Source: Squalus acanthias (taxonomy: Eukaryota). From it: DNA of 64,000 bases. The position numbers were made by a program, and so were the translations under genes. The notes below the pieces were generated by a model, which saw only the letters and a program-made list of their open reading frames with translations, had not been told where the DNA came from and searched no databases. The stretch's first letter is position 1, and each line of letters starts with the position of its first letter. The DNA is taken from the NCBI GenBank assembly GCA_030390025.1, contig CM059432.1, forward strand, positions 119,352,001-119,416,000, given 5' to 3'. Shown piece after piece: positions 1 to 10,900 of the stretch.

Positions 1-2716
1 GCAAACGACAGGTGCAAAAAACAGGTGCAAGGGGCAGGTGTAGTGGGCAGGTGCAAGGGGCAGGTGCAAGGGGCAGGTGCAAGGGGCAGGTGCAAGGGAC
101 AGGTGCAAGGGGCAGGTGCAAGGGGCAAGTGCAAGGGGTAGGTGCAAGGGACAGGTGCAAGGGGCCGGTGCAAGGGGCAGGTGCAAGGGGCAGGTGCAAG
201 GGACAGGTGTAGGGGCAGGTGGAAGGGACAGGTGCAAATGACAAATACAAATGACAGGTACAAGGGGCAGGTGCGAGGGACAGGTGCAAGGGGCAGGGGT
301 AGGGGGCAGGTGCAAGAGACAGGGGTAGAGGGGCAGGTGCAAGGGACAGGTGCAAGGGGCAGGTGCAAGGGGCAGGTGCAAGGGGCAGGTGCAAGGGACA
401 GGTGTAGGGGCAGGTGGAAGGGACAGGTGCAAATGACAAATACAAACGACAGGTACAAGGGGCAGGTGCGAGGGACAGGTGCAAGGGGCAGGGGTAGGGG
501 GCAGGTGCAAGAGACAGGGGTAGAGGGGCAGGTGCAAGGGACAGGTGCAAGGGGTAGGTGCAAGGGACAGGTGCAAGGGACAGGTGCAAGGGGCAGGTGC
601 AAGGGATGCTGTAGGGGCAGGTGCAAGGGACAAGGGTAGGGGCAGGTGCAAGGGACAGGTGCAAGGGGCAGGTGCCAGGGGAAGGTGCAAGGGCTGGGGT
701 AGGCGCAGTTGCAAGGGACAGGTGGAAGGGACAGGTGCAAGGGGCAGGTGCAAGGGACAGGTACAAGGGGCAGGTGTAAGGGGCAGGTGCATGGAGCAGT
801 TACAAGGAGCAGAGAAAGGGGGCAGGTGCAAGGCACAGAGGTAGGAGCAAGGGTAGGGGCAGGTGCAAGGGGCAGCGGTAGGGGCAGGCGCAAGAGACAT
901 GTGCAAGGGGAAGGGGCAAGGGACAGGTGCAAGGGACAGGTGCAAGGGGCAGGTGCAAAGGACAGGTGCAAGGGACAGGTGCAAGGGGCAGGTGCAAGGG
1001 GCAGGTGCAAGGGACAGGTGCAAAGGGCAGGTGCAAGGGATGGGGGTAGGGGTAGGTGCAAGGCACAAGGGTAGGGGTAGGTGCAAGGGACAGGTGCAAG
1101 GGGCAGGTGCGAGGGACAGGTGCAAGGGGCACGGGTAGGGGGCAGGTGCAAGGGACAGGGGTAGGGGGGCAGGTGCAAGGGACAGGTGCAAGGGGCAGGT
1201 GCAAGGGACAGGTGCAAGGGACAGGTGCAAGGGGCAGGTGCAAGGGATGCTGTAGGGGCAGGTGCAAGGGACAAGGGTAGGGGCAGGTGCAAGGGACAGG
1301 TGCAAGGGGCAGGTGCCAGGGGAAGGTGCAAGGGATGGGGTAGGCGCAGTTGCAAGGGACAGGTGGAAGGGACAGGTGCAAGGGGCAGGTGCAAGGGACA
1401 GGTGCAAGGGACAGGTGCAAGGAGCAGTTACAAGGAGCAGAGGTAGGGGGCAGGTGCAAGTCACAGTGGTAGGAGCAAGGGTAGGGGCAGGTGCAAGGGG
1501 CAGTGGTAGGGGCAGGCGCAAGAGACAAGTGCAAGGGGCAGGTGCAAGGGACAGGTGCAAGGGACAGGTGCAAGGGGCAGGTGCAAAGGACAGGTGCAAG
1601 GGACAGGTGCAAGGGACAGGTGCAAGGGACAGGTGCAAGGTGCAGGTGCAAGGGATGGGGGTAGGGGTAGGTGCAAGGGACAAGGGTAGGGGCAGGTGCA
1701 AGGGACAGGTGCAAGGGGCAGGTGCAAGGGACAGGTGCAAGGGGCAGGTGCAAGGGACAGGTGTAGGGGCAGGTGGAAGGGACAGGTGCAAATGACAAAT
1801 ACAAATGACAGGTGTAAGGGGCAGGTGCGAGGGACAGGTGCAAGGGGCAGGGTTACGGGGCAGGTGCAAGGGACAGGGGTAGGGGGCAGGTGCAAGAGAC
1901 AGGTGCAAGGGGCAGGTGCAAGGGATGGTGTAGGGGCAGGTGCAAGGGACAAGGGTAGGGGCAGGTGCAAGGGACAGGTGCAAGGGGCAGGTGCCAGGGG
2001 AAGGTGGAAGGGATGGGGTAGGCGCAGTTGCAAGGGACACAGGTAGGGGCAGGTGCAAGGGGCAGGTGCAAGGGTCAGGTGCAAGGGACAGGTACAAGTG
2101 GCAGGTGCAAGTGGCAGGTGCAAGGGATGGTGTAGGGGCAGGTGCAAGGCACAAGGGTAGGGGCAGGTGCAAGGGACAGGTGCAAGGGACAGATGCAAGG
2201 GGCAGGTGCAAGGGATGGAGGTAGGGGCAGGTGTAAGGGACAAGGGTAGGGGCAGGTGCAAGGGACATGTGCAACGGGCAGGTGCAAGGGACAGGGGTAG
2301 GGGCAGGTGGAAGGGACAGGTGCAAATGACAGGTGCAAGGGGCAGGTGCAAGGGACAGGAGCAAGGGACAGGGGTAGGGGCAGGTGGAAGGGACAGGTGC
2401 AAACAACAGGTGCAAATGACAGGTGCAAGGGGCCGTTGCAAGTTGCATGTGCAAGGGACAGGTGCAAGGGGCAGGGGTAGAGGGCAGGTGCAAGGGACAG
2501 GTACAAGGGGCAGGTGCAAGGGGGAGGTGCAAGGGATGGTGTAGGGGCAGGTGCAAGGGACAAGGGTAGGGGCAGGTGCAAGGGACAGGTGCAAGGGACA
2601 GATGCAACGGGCAGGTGCAAGGGATGGAGGTAGGGGCAGGTGCAAGGGACAAGGGTAGGGGCATTTGCAAGAGGCATGTGCAAGGGGCAGGTGCAAGGGA
2701 CAGGGGTAGGGGCAGG
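1..2716. repeat. 13-bp G-rich satellite (RCAGGTGCAAGGG)n with variant units, left block; continues beyond window start
   Basis: Tandem ACAGGTGCAAGGG/GCAGGTGCAAGGG with variant units such as ACAGGGGTAGGG, ACAAGGGTAGGG and CAAATGACAAATACAAATG. A local 195-bp (15x13) duplication is seen at 203 vs 398. No 130-bp island occurs in this block. Confidence 0.97.
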
Positions 2717-3284
2717 CGGCTCCCTCATGCCTATCCTCGAGAACCATCTTGTATGCCGCCCTAACTCCCTTCAAGCTTTCTTCCTGGGCTTTTATCTGGT
2801 TAGCTAGGCGGGCACACCGTTCTCTAATCATACCCTCGTTTAACTTCGCTTCCGTGACCTGACATTCTAGGTAATCAATTTTAGCCTCATGGTGGTTGGT
2901 TACTATTTGGCGTTCCTGATGTAACGCATTCAATGATGCAATGAGTTTCTGTCCTTCCACGATTTTTTCCTCCATTTCAACTTACAGTTCCCTGATCTGA
3001 GCTGCCTGTGCTGCAATGACCTGGTCCGAAAGTTGGACTTGCTTCTTGTAGCACATCAGCCAGACCGCTTTCTCTACCGACTTCTTATGCTCTTTGCTGC
3101 CTGTCCATTTGATGGCGGCGTCTAGCGGACGCTTATCCATCAGTAGGTCACTTAATCACTTTTTGGTCAAGTTAACCTTCCCAAACACATAGTCGGCTAC
3201 CCTCTCATCCATCACATTTCGCCTATTCAAACCAGGGTCTAAAACATTACTCTCCTGCTGCCAATGTCCTGCTGCGGTCGCCAT
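2717..3284 (-). pseudogene. Disrupted gag-like (coiled-coil) ORF N-terminus, truncated by satellite
   Basis: ATG at 3284 in good Kozak context (AAAATGG), preceded by an acceptor-like CCCTTACAG. Reads MATAAGHWQQESNVLDPGLNRRNVMDERVADYVFGKVNLTKK*LSDLLMDKRPLDAAIKWTGSKEHKKSVEKAVWLMCYKKQVQLSDQVIAAQAAQIREL*VEMEEKIVEGQKLIASL...EDRHEGAA: one frame with two in-frame stops and heptad-like content. Confidence 0.5.
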
Positions 3285-4910
3285 TTTCTGTAAGGGTGAC
3301 GTGTCTCAGACGGTGCTGGTGCGAGGTTAGGCCTTCGTTGCCTAATACTATTACTTGCTCTGGTCTCCGGCCAGCCTCTTTGCAATAAGCACTTGTGAGT
3401 GGTTCGACCCACTCGCCCTTACGGTTCTAACACTGGACTTAGGTGCAGGGAGCAGTAATGCAGAGAAAAACTCAAATAGACCCGGTTGAATAGTACGAAA
3501 TGGAAATCTTTATTGCATGGCGTCTAAAATCATGAAGTACATGTCATAGGCGCAAATCAACGAGAGTACAAGTATACATACATTCATAAAGCTTGGTCTA
3601 TGGAAATGGAGAACACACGGCACATCGTAGAAAGGGGAACACATTATACCTTAACCTTATTAACCACCCTCCCTTAACAATACCTACACTATGTCTAGAT
3701 TTGTAGGATCGCGAAACATGCTCACCACTCGTGTTACTTCGGAGATTTTTTAAAGTGAGGCACTCGGCTCGTTTCGCTGCAGCGCCTGACTGTCACGTGT
3801 TTGGAAGGGTTTCTGCACCCCACTTGTTTATTTTTGCTGCTGCGACAAGCAGGCCAGACTCCCTGTTGTCATGAAGAACTCGACGGACCTCGGACACAGT
3901 TCAAAGAAGAGTCTTCTTGTGCTCGATACAGGTTGTTGGGAGAACTCAAAGAAAAGTTCTTTATTTATATTTTCAGGCGCGGTCGGGGTTTACTGACCGT
4001 GGCGGCACGTGGATTCTTCTCCTCTTCTTCTCGTCTCGTCTCGTCTCTTCGGGCCTCCGGGTCCAGACACCGTTTACCGACACTCGGGATAGTGTACCCT
4101 GTTACTTGCCCTTGTCGGGGCGGCTCGTTCCGATTGAGCTCCACCCAACACTTGAATAACCGACCAGTACGGCTAAGAGTCAAGAGTCAACAAAGTCCAG
4201 AGAAACACTAAGTCCAGCCCTAAGGAAGAGCTTCAGCAAGGGTCCGCCGAGAGATAAGAGAATAAGAGACCGATGGACATTTGTTCTCTATAGTTATAGT
4301 GATGTGTCCGCTTATCTCCTGCTCAAATCTTAATGTTTGGTGTAATTTTGGCGCTCCAAACTCCCAGCATGGGGCGATTATCTTCCTTAACGGGTTTCGG
4401 TAGCACCTGAAACTGGCCAACTATCCGTTAATGTTTTCCCCATTGTTGAGCCAGCCAGGATGTGTATGAATCATCTCCCTGACTGGTTTTGGGGGCCCCC
4501 GAATACTGACTTAATCACCCGTCAATGTCTCTCTAATTGTAGAGCCGTGGGGGTATTTGTGTATTGATGTGTCTGGATGGGCCTTCAATTGCCCAGTACA
4601 ATGGTCCTTACTGTGCATAGGAAAACGATTCCAGCACTTATATCTTTGCTATTGTTCCAAATGCAAACGGGTTGCATCCTGTCTTTATCAGTGTTTACCA
4701 AGTATGATCCAATCTTATACTGAATGTTTATTCGACGCCATCTTGTCTGCCCACTGTATTTATGGAAGCTTCTTCCACGATGCGCGGCGGCCATTTTACA
4801 GGCTTCTGTGTCCTTTATTATCATGACAGCATTTCGTTTAATAAAACTGATCAAACGAATCTGCTTCTCTTATGTTATTTCGAATCGCGATAATTGCGAA
4901 ACTTTACAGT
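2717..4910 (-). mobile_element. Truncated LTR-retroelement/ERV-like internal fragment (long leader plus gag-like 5' end) embedded in the satellite
   Basis: About 2.2 kb of unique sequence containing a decayed coiled-coil ORF on the minus strand and a 13-nt match to a tRNA-Arg PBS (GAGCCAGCCAGGA, 4448-4460). No LTR, pol or TSD is visible, so the class assignment is inferred. Confidence 0.5.
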
Positions 4911-7900
4911 GTGCATAGGGCATGTGCAAGGGACAGGTGCAAGGGACAGGTGCAAGGGGAAGGTGCAAGGGACAGGTGCAAGGGGCAGGTGGAAGGGACG
5001 GGTGCAAGGGACAGGTGCAAGGGGAAGGTGCAATGGGCAGGTGCAAGGGGCAGGTGCAAGGGGCAGGTGCAAGGGACATGTGCAAGGGACAGGTGCAAGG
5101 GGAATGTGCAAGGGACGGGTGCAAGGGGCAGGTGCAAGGGACAGGTGCAATGGGTGGGGTGTCTTCCAATCCCATCAAAGACCTGATGCAATTGGGGTCA
5201 AAAGGAAAGTCAATCTCTCTATCGCCACGACTCCCAAGTGGCCAAACCTTTGTGCAATAATTATATTTCACAAAACAAACAGGGGCAAGGGGAAGGTGCA
5301 CGGGGCTGGTGCAAGGGATAGGTGCAAGGGACAGGTGGAAGGAGCAGGTGCAAGATGCAGGTGCAAGGGGCAGGTGCAAGGGATAGGTGCAAGAGACAGG
5401 TGCAAGGGACAGGTGCAAGGGACAGGTGCAAGGGGCAGGTGCAAGGGATGGGGGTAGGGGCAGATGCAAGGGGCAGGTGGAAGGGACAGGTGCAAATGAC
5501 AGGTGCAAGGTGCAGGTGCAAGGGGCAGGTGCAAGGGACAGGTGCAAGGGGCAGGTGCAAGGAGCAGTTACAAGGAGCAGAGGTAGGGGGCAGGTGCAAG
5601 GCACAGAGGTAGGAGTTAGAGTAGGGGCAGGTGCAAGGGGCAGCAGTAGGGGCAGGCGCAAGAGACAAGTGCAAGGGGCAGGTGCAAGGGACAGGTGCAA
5701 GGGACAGGTGCAAGTGGCAGGGGTAGGGGGCAGGTGCAAGGGAGAGGTGCAAGGGGCAGGTGCAAGGGACAGGTGCAAGGGCAGTTGCAAGGGATGGGGG
5801 TAGGGGTAGGTGCAAGGGACAAGGGTAGGGGCAGGTGCAAGGGACAGGTGCAAGGGGCAGGTGCAAGGGACAGGTGCAAGGGGCAGGTGCAAGGGACAGG
5901 TGTAGGAGCAGGTGGAAGGGACAGGTGCAAATGACAAATACAAATGACAGGTGCAAGGGGCAGCTGTGAGGAGACAGGTGCAAGGGCAGGGGTAGGGGGC
6001 AGGTGCAAGGGACAGGGGTAGGGGGCAGTGCAGGTAGGCAAGGGGCAGGTGCAAGGAACTGGTGAAAGGGACAGGTGCAAGGGGCAGGTGCAAGGGATGG
6101 TGTAGGGGCAGGTGCAAGGGACCAGGGTAGGGGCAGGTGCAAGGGACAGGTGCAAGGGGCAGGTGCCAGGGGCAGGTGCAAGGGATGGGGTAGGCGCAGT
6201 TGCAAGGGACACAGGTAGGGGCAGGTGCAAGGGAGAGGTGCAAGGGGCAGGTGCAAGGGGCAGGTGCAAGGGATGGTGTAGGGGCATGTGCAAGGGACAA
6301 GGGTAGGAGCAGGTCCAAGGGACAGGTGCAAGGGACTGATGCAAGGGGCAGGTGCAAGGGATGGAGGTAGGGGCAGGTGCAAGGGACAGGGGTAGGGGCA
6401 GGTGGAAGGTACAGGTGAAAATGACAGGTGCAAGGGCAGGTGCAAGGGACAGGAGCAAGGGACAGGGGTAGGGGCAGGTGGAAGGGACAGGTGCAAACAA
6501 CAGGTGCAAACGACAGGTGCAAGTTGCAGTTGCAAGTTGCATGTGCAAGGGACAGGTGAAAGGGGCAGGGGTAGGGAGCAGGTGCAAGGGACAGGTGCAA
6601 GGGGAAGGTGCAAGGGACAGGTGCAAGGGGCAGGTGGAAGGGACGGGTGCAAGGGACAGGTGCAAGGGGAAGGTGCAACGGGCAGGTGCAAGGGGCAGGT
6701 GCAAGGGGCAGGTGCAAGGGACAGGTGCAAGGGGCATGTGCAAGGGACGGGTGCAAGGGACAGGTGCAAGGGACAGGTGCAACGGGCAGGTGCAAGGGAC
6801 AGGTGCAATGGGTGGGGTGTCTTCCAATCCCATCAAAGATCTGATGCAATTGGGGTCAAAAGGAATGTCAATCTCTCTATCGCCACGACTCCCAAGTGGC
6901 CAAACCTTTGTGCAATAATTATATTTCACAAAACAAACAGGTGCAAGGGGAAGGTGCACGGGGCTGGTGCAAGGGATAGGTGCAAGGGACAGGTGCAAGG
7001 AGCAGGTGCAAGATGCAGGTGCAAGGGGCAGGTGCAAGGGATAGGTGCAAGAGACAGGTGCAAGGGACAGGTGCAAGGGGCAGGTGCAAGGGACAGGTGC
7101 AAGGGACAGGTGCAAGGGGCAGGTGCAAGGGATGGGGGTAGGGCCAGATGCAAGGGGCAGGTGGAAGGGACAGGTGCAAATGACAGGTGCAAGGTGCAGG
7201 TGCAAGGGGCAGGTGCAAGGGACAGGTGCAAGGGGCAGGTGCAAGGAGCAGTTACAAGGAGCAGAGGTAGGGGGCAGGTGCAAGGCACAGAGGTAGGAGT
7301 TAGAGTAGGGGCAGGTGCAAGGGGCAGCAGTAGGGGCTACGCAAGAGACAAGTGCAAGGGGCAGGTGCAAGGGACAGGTGCAAGGGACAGGTGTAAGTGG
7401 CAGGGGTAGGGGGCAGGTGCAAGGGAGAGGTGCAAGGGGCAGGTGCAAGGGACAGGTGCAAGGGGCAGGTGCAAGGGATGGGGGTAGGGGTAGGTGCAAG
7501 GGACAATAGTAGGGGAAGGTGCAAGGGACAGGTGCAAGGGGCAGGTGCAAGGGACAGGTGCAAGGGGCAGGTGCAAGGGACAGGTGTAGGAGCAGGTGGA
7601 AGGGGCAGGTGCAAATGACAAATACAAATGACAGGTGCAAGGGGCAGCTGTGAGGGACAGGTGCAAAGGGCAGGGGTAGGGGGCAGGTGCAAGGGACAGG
7701 GGTAGGGGGCAGGTGCAAGGGTAGGTGCAAGGGGCAGGTGCAAGGGACTGGTGAAAGGGACAGGTGCAAGGGGCAGGTGCAAGGGATGGTGTAGGGGCAG
7801 GTGCAAGGGACCAGGGTAGGGGCAGGTGCAAGGGACAGGTGCAAGGGGCAGGTGCCAGGGGCAGGTGCAAGGGATGGGGTAGGCGCAGTTGCAAGGGACA

Positions 7901-10900
7901 CAGGTAGGGGCAGGTGCAAGGGAGAGGTGCAAGGGGCAGGTGCAAGGGGCAGGTGCAAGGGATGGTGTAGGGGCATGTGCAAGGGACAAGGGTAGGAGCA
8001 GGTCCAAGGGACAGGTGCAAGGGACTGATGCAAGGGGCAGGTGCAAGGGATGGAGGTATGGGCAGGTGCAAGGGACAGGGGTAGGGGCAGGTGGAAGGTA
8101 CAGGTGAAAATGACAGGTGCAAGGGCAGGTGCAAGGGACAGGAGCAAGGGACAGGGGTAGGGGCAGGTGGAAGGGACAGGTGCAAACAACGGGTGCAAAC
8201 GACAGGTGCAAGTTGCAGTTGCAAGATGCATGTGCAAGGGACAGGTGAAAGGGGCAGGGGTAGGGAGCAGGTGCAAGGGACAGGTACAAGGGGCAGGTGC
8301 AAGGGGCAGGTGCAAGGGATGGTGTAGGGGCAGGTGCAAGGGACAAGGGTAGGGGCAGGTGCAAGGGACAGGTGCAAGGGACAGAGGCAACGGGCAGGTG
8401 CAAGGGATGGAGGTTGGGGCAGGTGCAAGCGACAAGGGTAGGGGCATTTGCAAGGGTTATGTGCAAGGGGCAGGTGCAAGGGACAGGGGTAGGGGCAGGT
8501 GGAAGGGACAGGTGCAAACAACAGGTGCAAACGACAGGTGCAAACAACAGGTGCAAACGACAGGTGCAAAAAACAGGTGCAAGGGGCAGGTGTAAAGGAC
8601 AGGTGCAAGGGGCATGTGCAAGGGACAGGTGCAAGGGGCAGGTTCAAGGGGCAGGTGCAAGGGGCAGGTGCAAGGGACAGGGGTAGGAGGCAGGTGCACG
8701 GGACAGGTGCAAGGGGCATGTGCAAGGGACAGGTGCAAGGGACAGATGCAAGGGGAAGGTGCAAGTGACAGGTGCAAGGGGCAGGTGGAAGGGACGGGTG
8801 CAAGGGACAGGTGCAAGGGGAAGGTGCAACGGGCAGGTGCAAGGGGCAGGTGCAAGGGGCTGGTGCAAGGGACAGGTGCAAGGGGCAGGTGCAAGGGGCA
8901 GGTGCAAGGGACAGGTGCAAGGGACAGGTGCAAGGTGCATGTGCAAGGGACGGGTGCAAGGGACAGGTGCAATGGGTGGGGTGTCTTCCAATCCCATCAA
9001 AGATCTGATGCAGTTGGGGTCAAAAGGAAAGTCAATCTCTCTATCGCCACGACTCCCAAGTGGCCAAACCTTTGTGCAATAATTATATTTCACAAAACAA
9101 ACAGGTGCAAGGGGAAGGTGCACGGGGCTGGTGCAAGGGATAGGTGCAAGGGACAGGTGCAAGGAGCAGGTGCAAGATGCTGGTGCAAGGGGCAGGTGCA
9201 AGGGATAGGTGCAAGAGACAGGTGCAAGGGACAGGTGCAAGGGGCAGGTGCAAGGGACAGGTGCAAGGGGCAGGTGCAAGGGGCAGGTGCAAGGGACAGG
9301 TGCAAGGGACAGGTGCAAGGGATGGGGGTAGGGCCAGATGCAAGGGGCAGGTCGAAGGGACAGGTGCAAATGACAGGTGCAAGGTGCAGGTGCAAGGGGC
9401 AGGTGCAAGGGACAGGTGCAAGGGGCGGGTGCAAGGAGCAGTTACAAGGAGCAGAGGTAGGGGGCATGTGCAAGGCACAGAGGTAGGAGCAAGGGTAGGG
9501 GCATGTGCAAGGGGCAGCGGTAGGGGCAGGCACAAGAGACAAGTGCCAGGGGCAGGTGCAAGGGACAGGTGCAAGGGACAGGTGCAAGGGGCAGGTGCAA
9601 ATGACAGGTGCAAGGGACAGGTGCAAGGGGCAAGTGCAAGGGATGGGGGTAGGGGTAGGTGCAAGGGACAAGGGTAGGGGCAGGTGCAAGGGACAGATGC
9701 AAGGTGCAGGTGCAAGGGACAGGTGCAAGGGACAGGTGCAAGGGGCAGGTGCAAGGGATGGGGGTAGGGGTAGGTGCAAGGGACAAGGGTAGGGGCAGGT
9801 GCAAGGGACAGATGCAAGGTGCAGGTGCAAGGGACAGGTGCAAGGGGCAGGTGCAAGGGACAGGTGTAGGGGCAGGTGGAAGGGACAGGTGCAAATGACA
9901 AATACAAATGACAGGTGCAAGGGGCAGGTGCGAGGGACAGGTGCAAGGGGCAGTGGTAGGGGGCAGGTGCAAGGGACGGGGTAGGGGGCAGGTGCAAGGG
10001 AGAGCTGCAAGGGGTAGGTGCAAGGGACAGGTGAAAGGGACAGGTGCAAGGGGCAGGTGCAAGGGATGGTGTAGGGGCAGGTGCAAGGGACAAGGGTAGG
10101 GGCAGGTGCAAGGGACAGGTGCAAGGGGCAGATGCCAGGGGAAGGTGCAAGGAATGGGGTAGGCGCAGTTGCAAGGGACACAGGTAGGGGCAGGTGCAAG
10201 GGACAGGTGCAAGGGGCAGGTGCAAGGATAGGTACAAGGGGCAGGTGCAAGGGGCAGGCGCAAGGGATGGTGTAGGGGCAGGTGCAAGGGACAAGGGTAG
10301 GGGCAGGTGCAAGGGACAGGTGCAAGGGACAGATGCAAGGGGCAGGTGCAAGGGATGGAGGTAGGGGCAGGTGTAAGGGACAAGGGTAGGGGCAGGTGCA
10401 AGGGACATGTGCAAGGGGCAGGTGCAAGGGACAGGGGTAGGGGCAGGTGGAAGGGACAGGTGCAAATGACAGGTGCAAGGGGCAGATGCAAGGGACAGGA
10501 GCAAGGGACAGGGGTAGGGGCAGGTGGAAGGGACAGGTGCAAACAACAGGTGCAAACGAGCGGTGCAAGGGGCCGTTGCAAGTTGCATGTGCAAGGGACA
10601 GGTGCAAGGGGCAGGGGTAGGGGGCAGGTGCAAGGGACAGGTACAAGGGGCAGGTGGAAGGGGGAGGTGCAAGGGATGGTGTAGGGGCAGGTGCAAGGGA
10701 CAGGTGCAAGGGACTGATGCAACGGGCAGGTGCAAGGGATGGAGGTAGTGGCAGGTGCAAGGGACAAGGGTAGGGGCAGGTGCAAGGGACAGATGCAAGG
10801 TGCAGGTGCAAGGGACAGGTGCAAGGGGCAGGTGCAAGGGACAGGGGTAGGAGCAGGTCCAAGGGACAGGTGCAAGGGACTGATGCAAGGGGCAGGTGCT

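Noticed and set aside
3395..3416. tRNA T-arm-like hairpin GAGTGG-TTCGAC-CCACTC
   Set aside because: The loop is 6 nt and there is no surrounding cloverleaf or A-box.
3801..4211. 136-aa plus-strand ORF in the retroelement fragment
   Set aside because: Non-ATG start, low-complexity composition and no recognisable domain.
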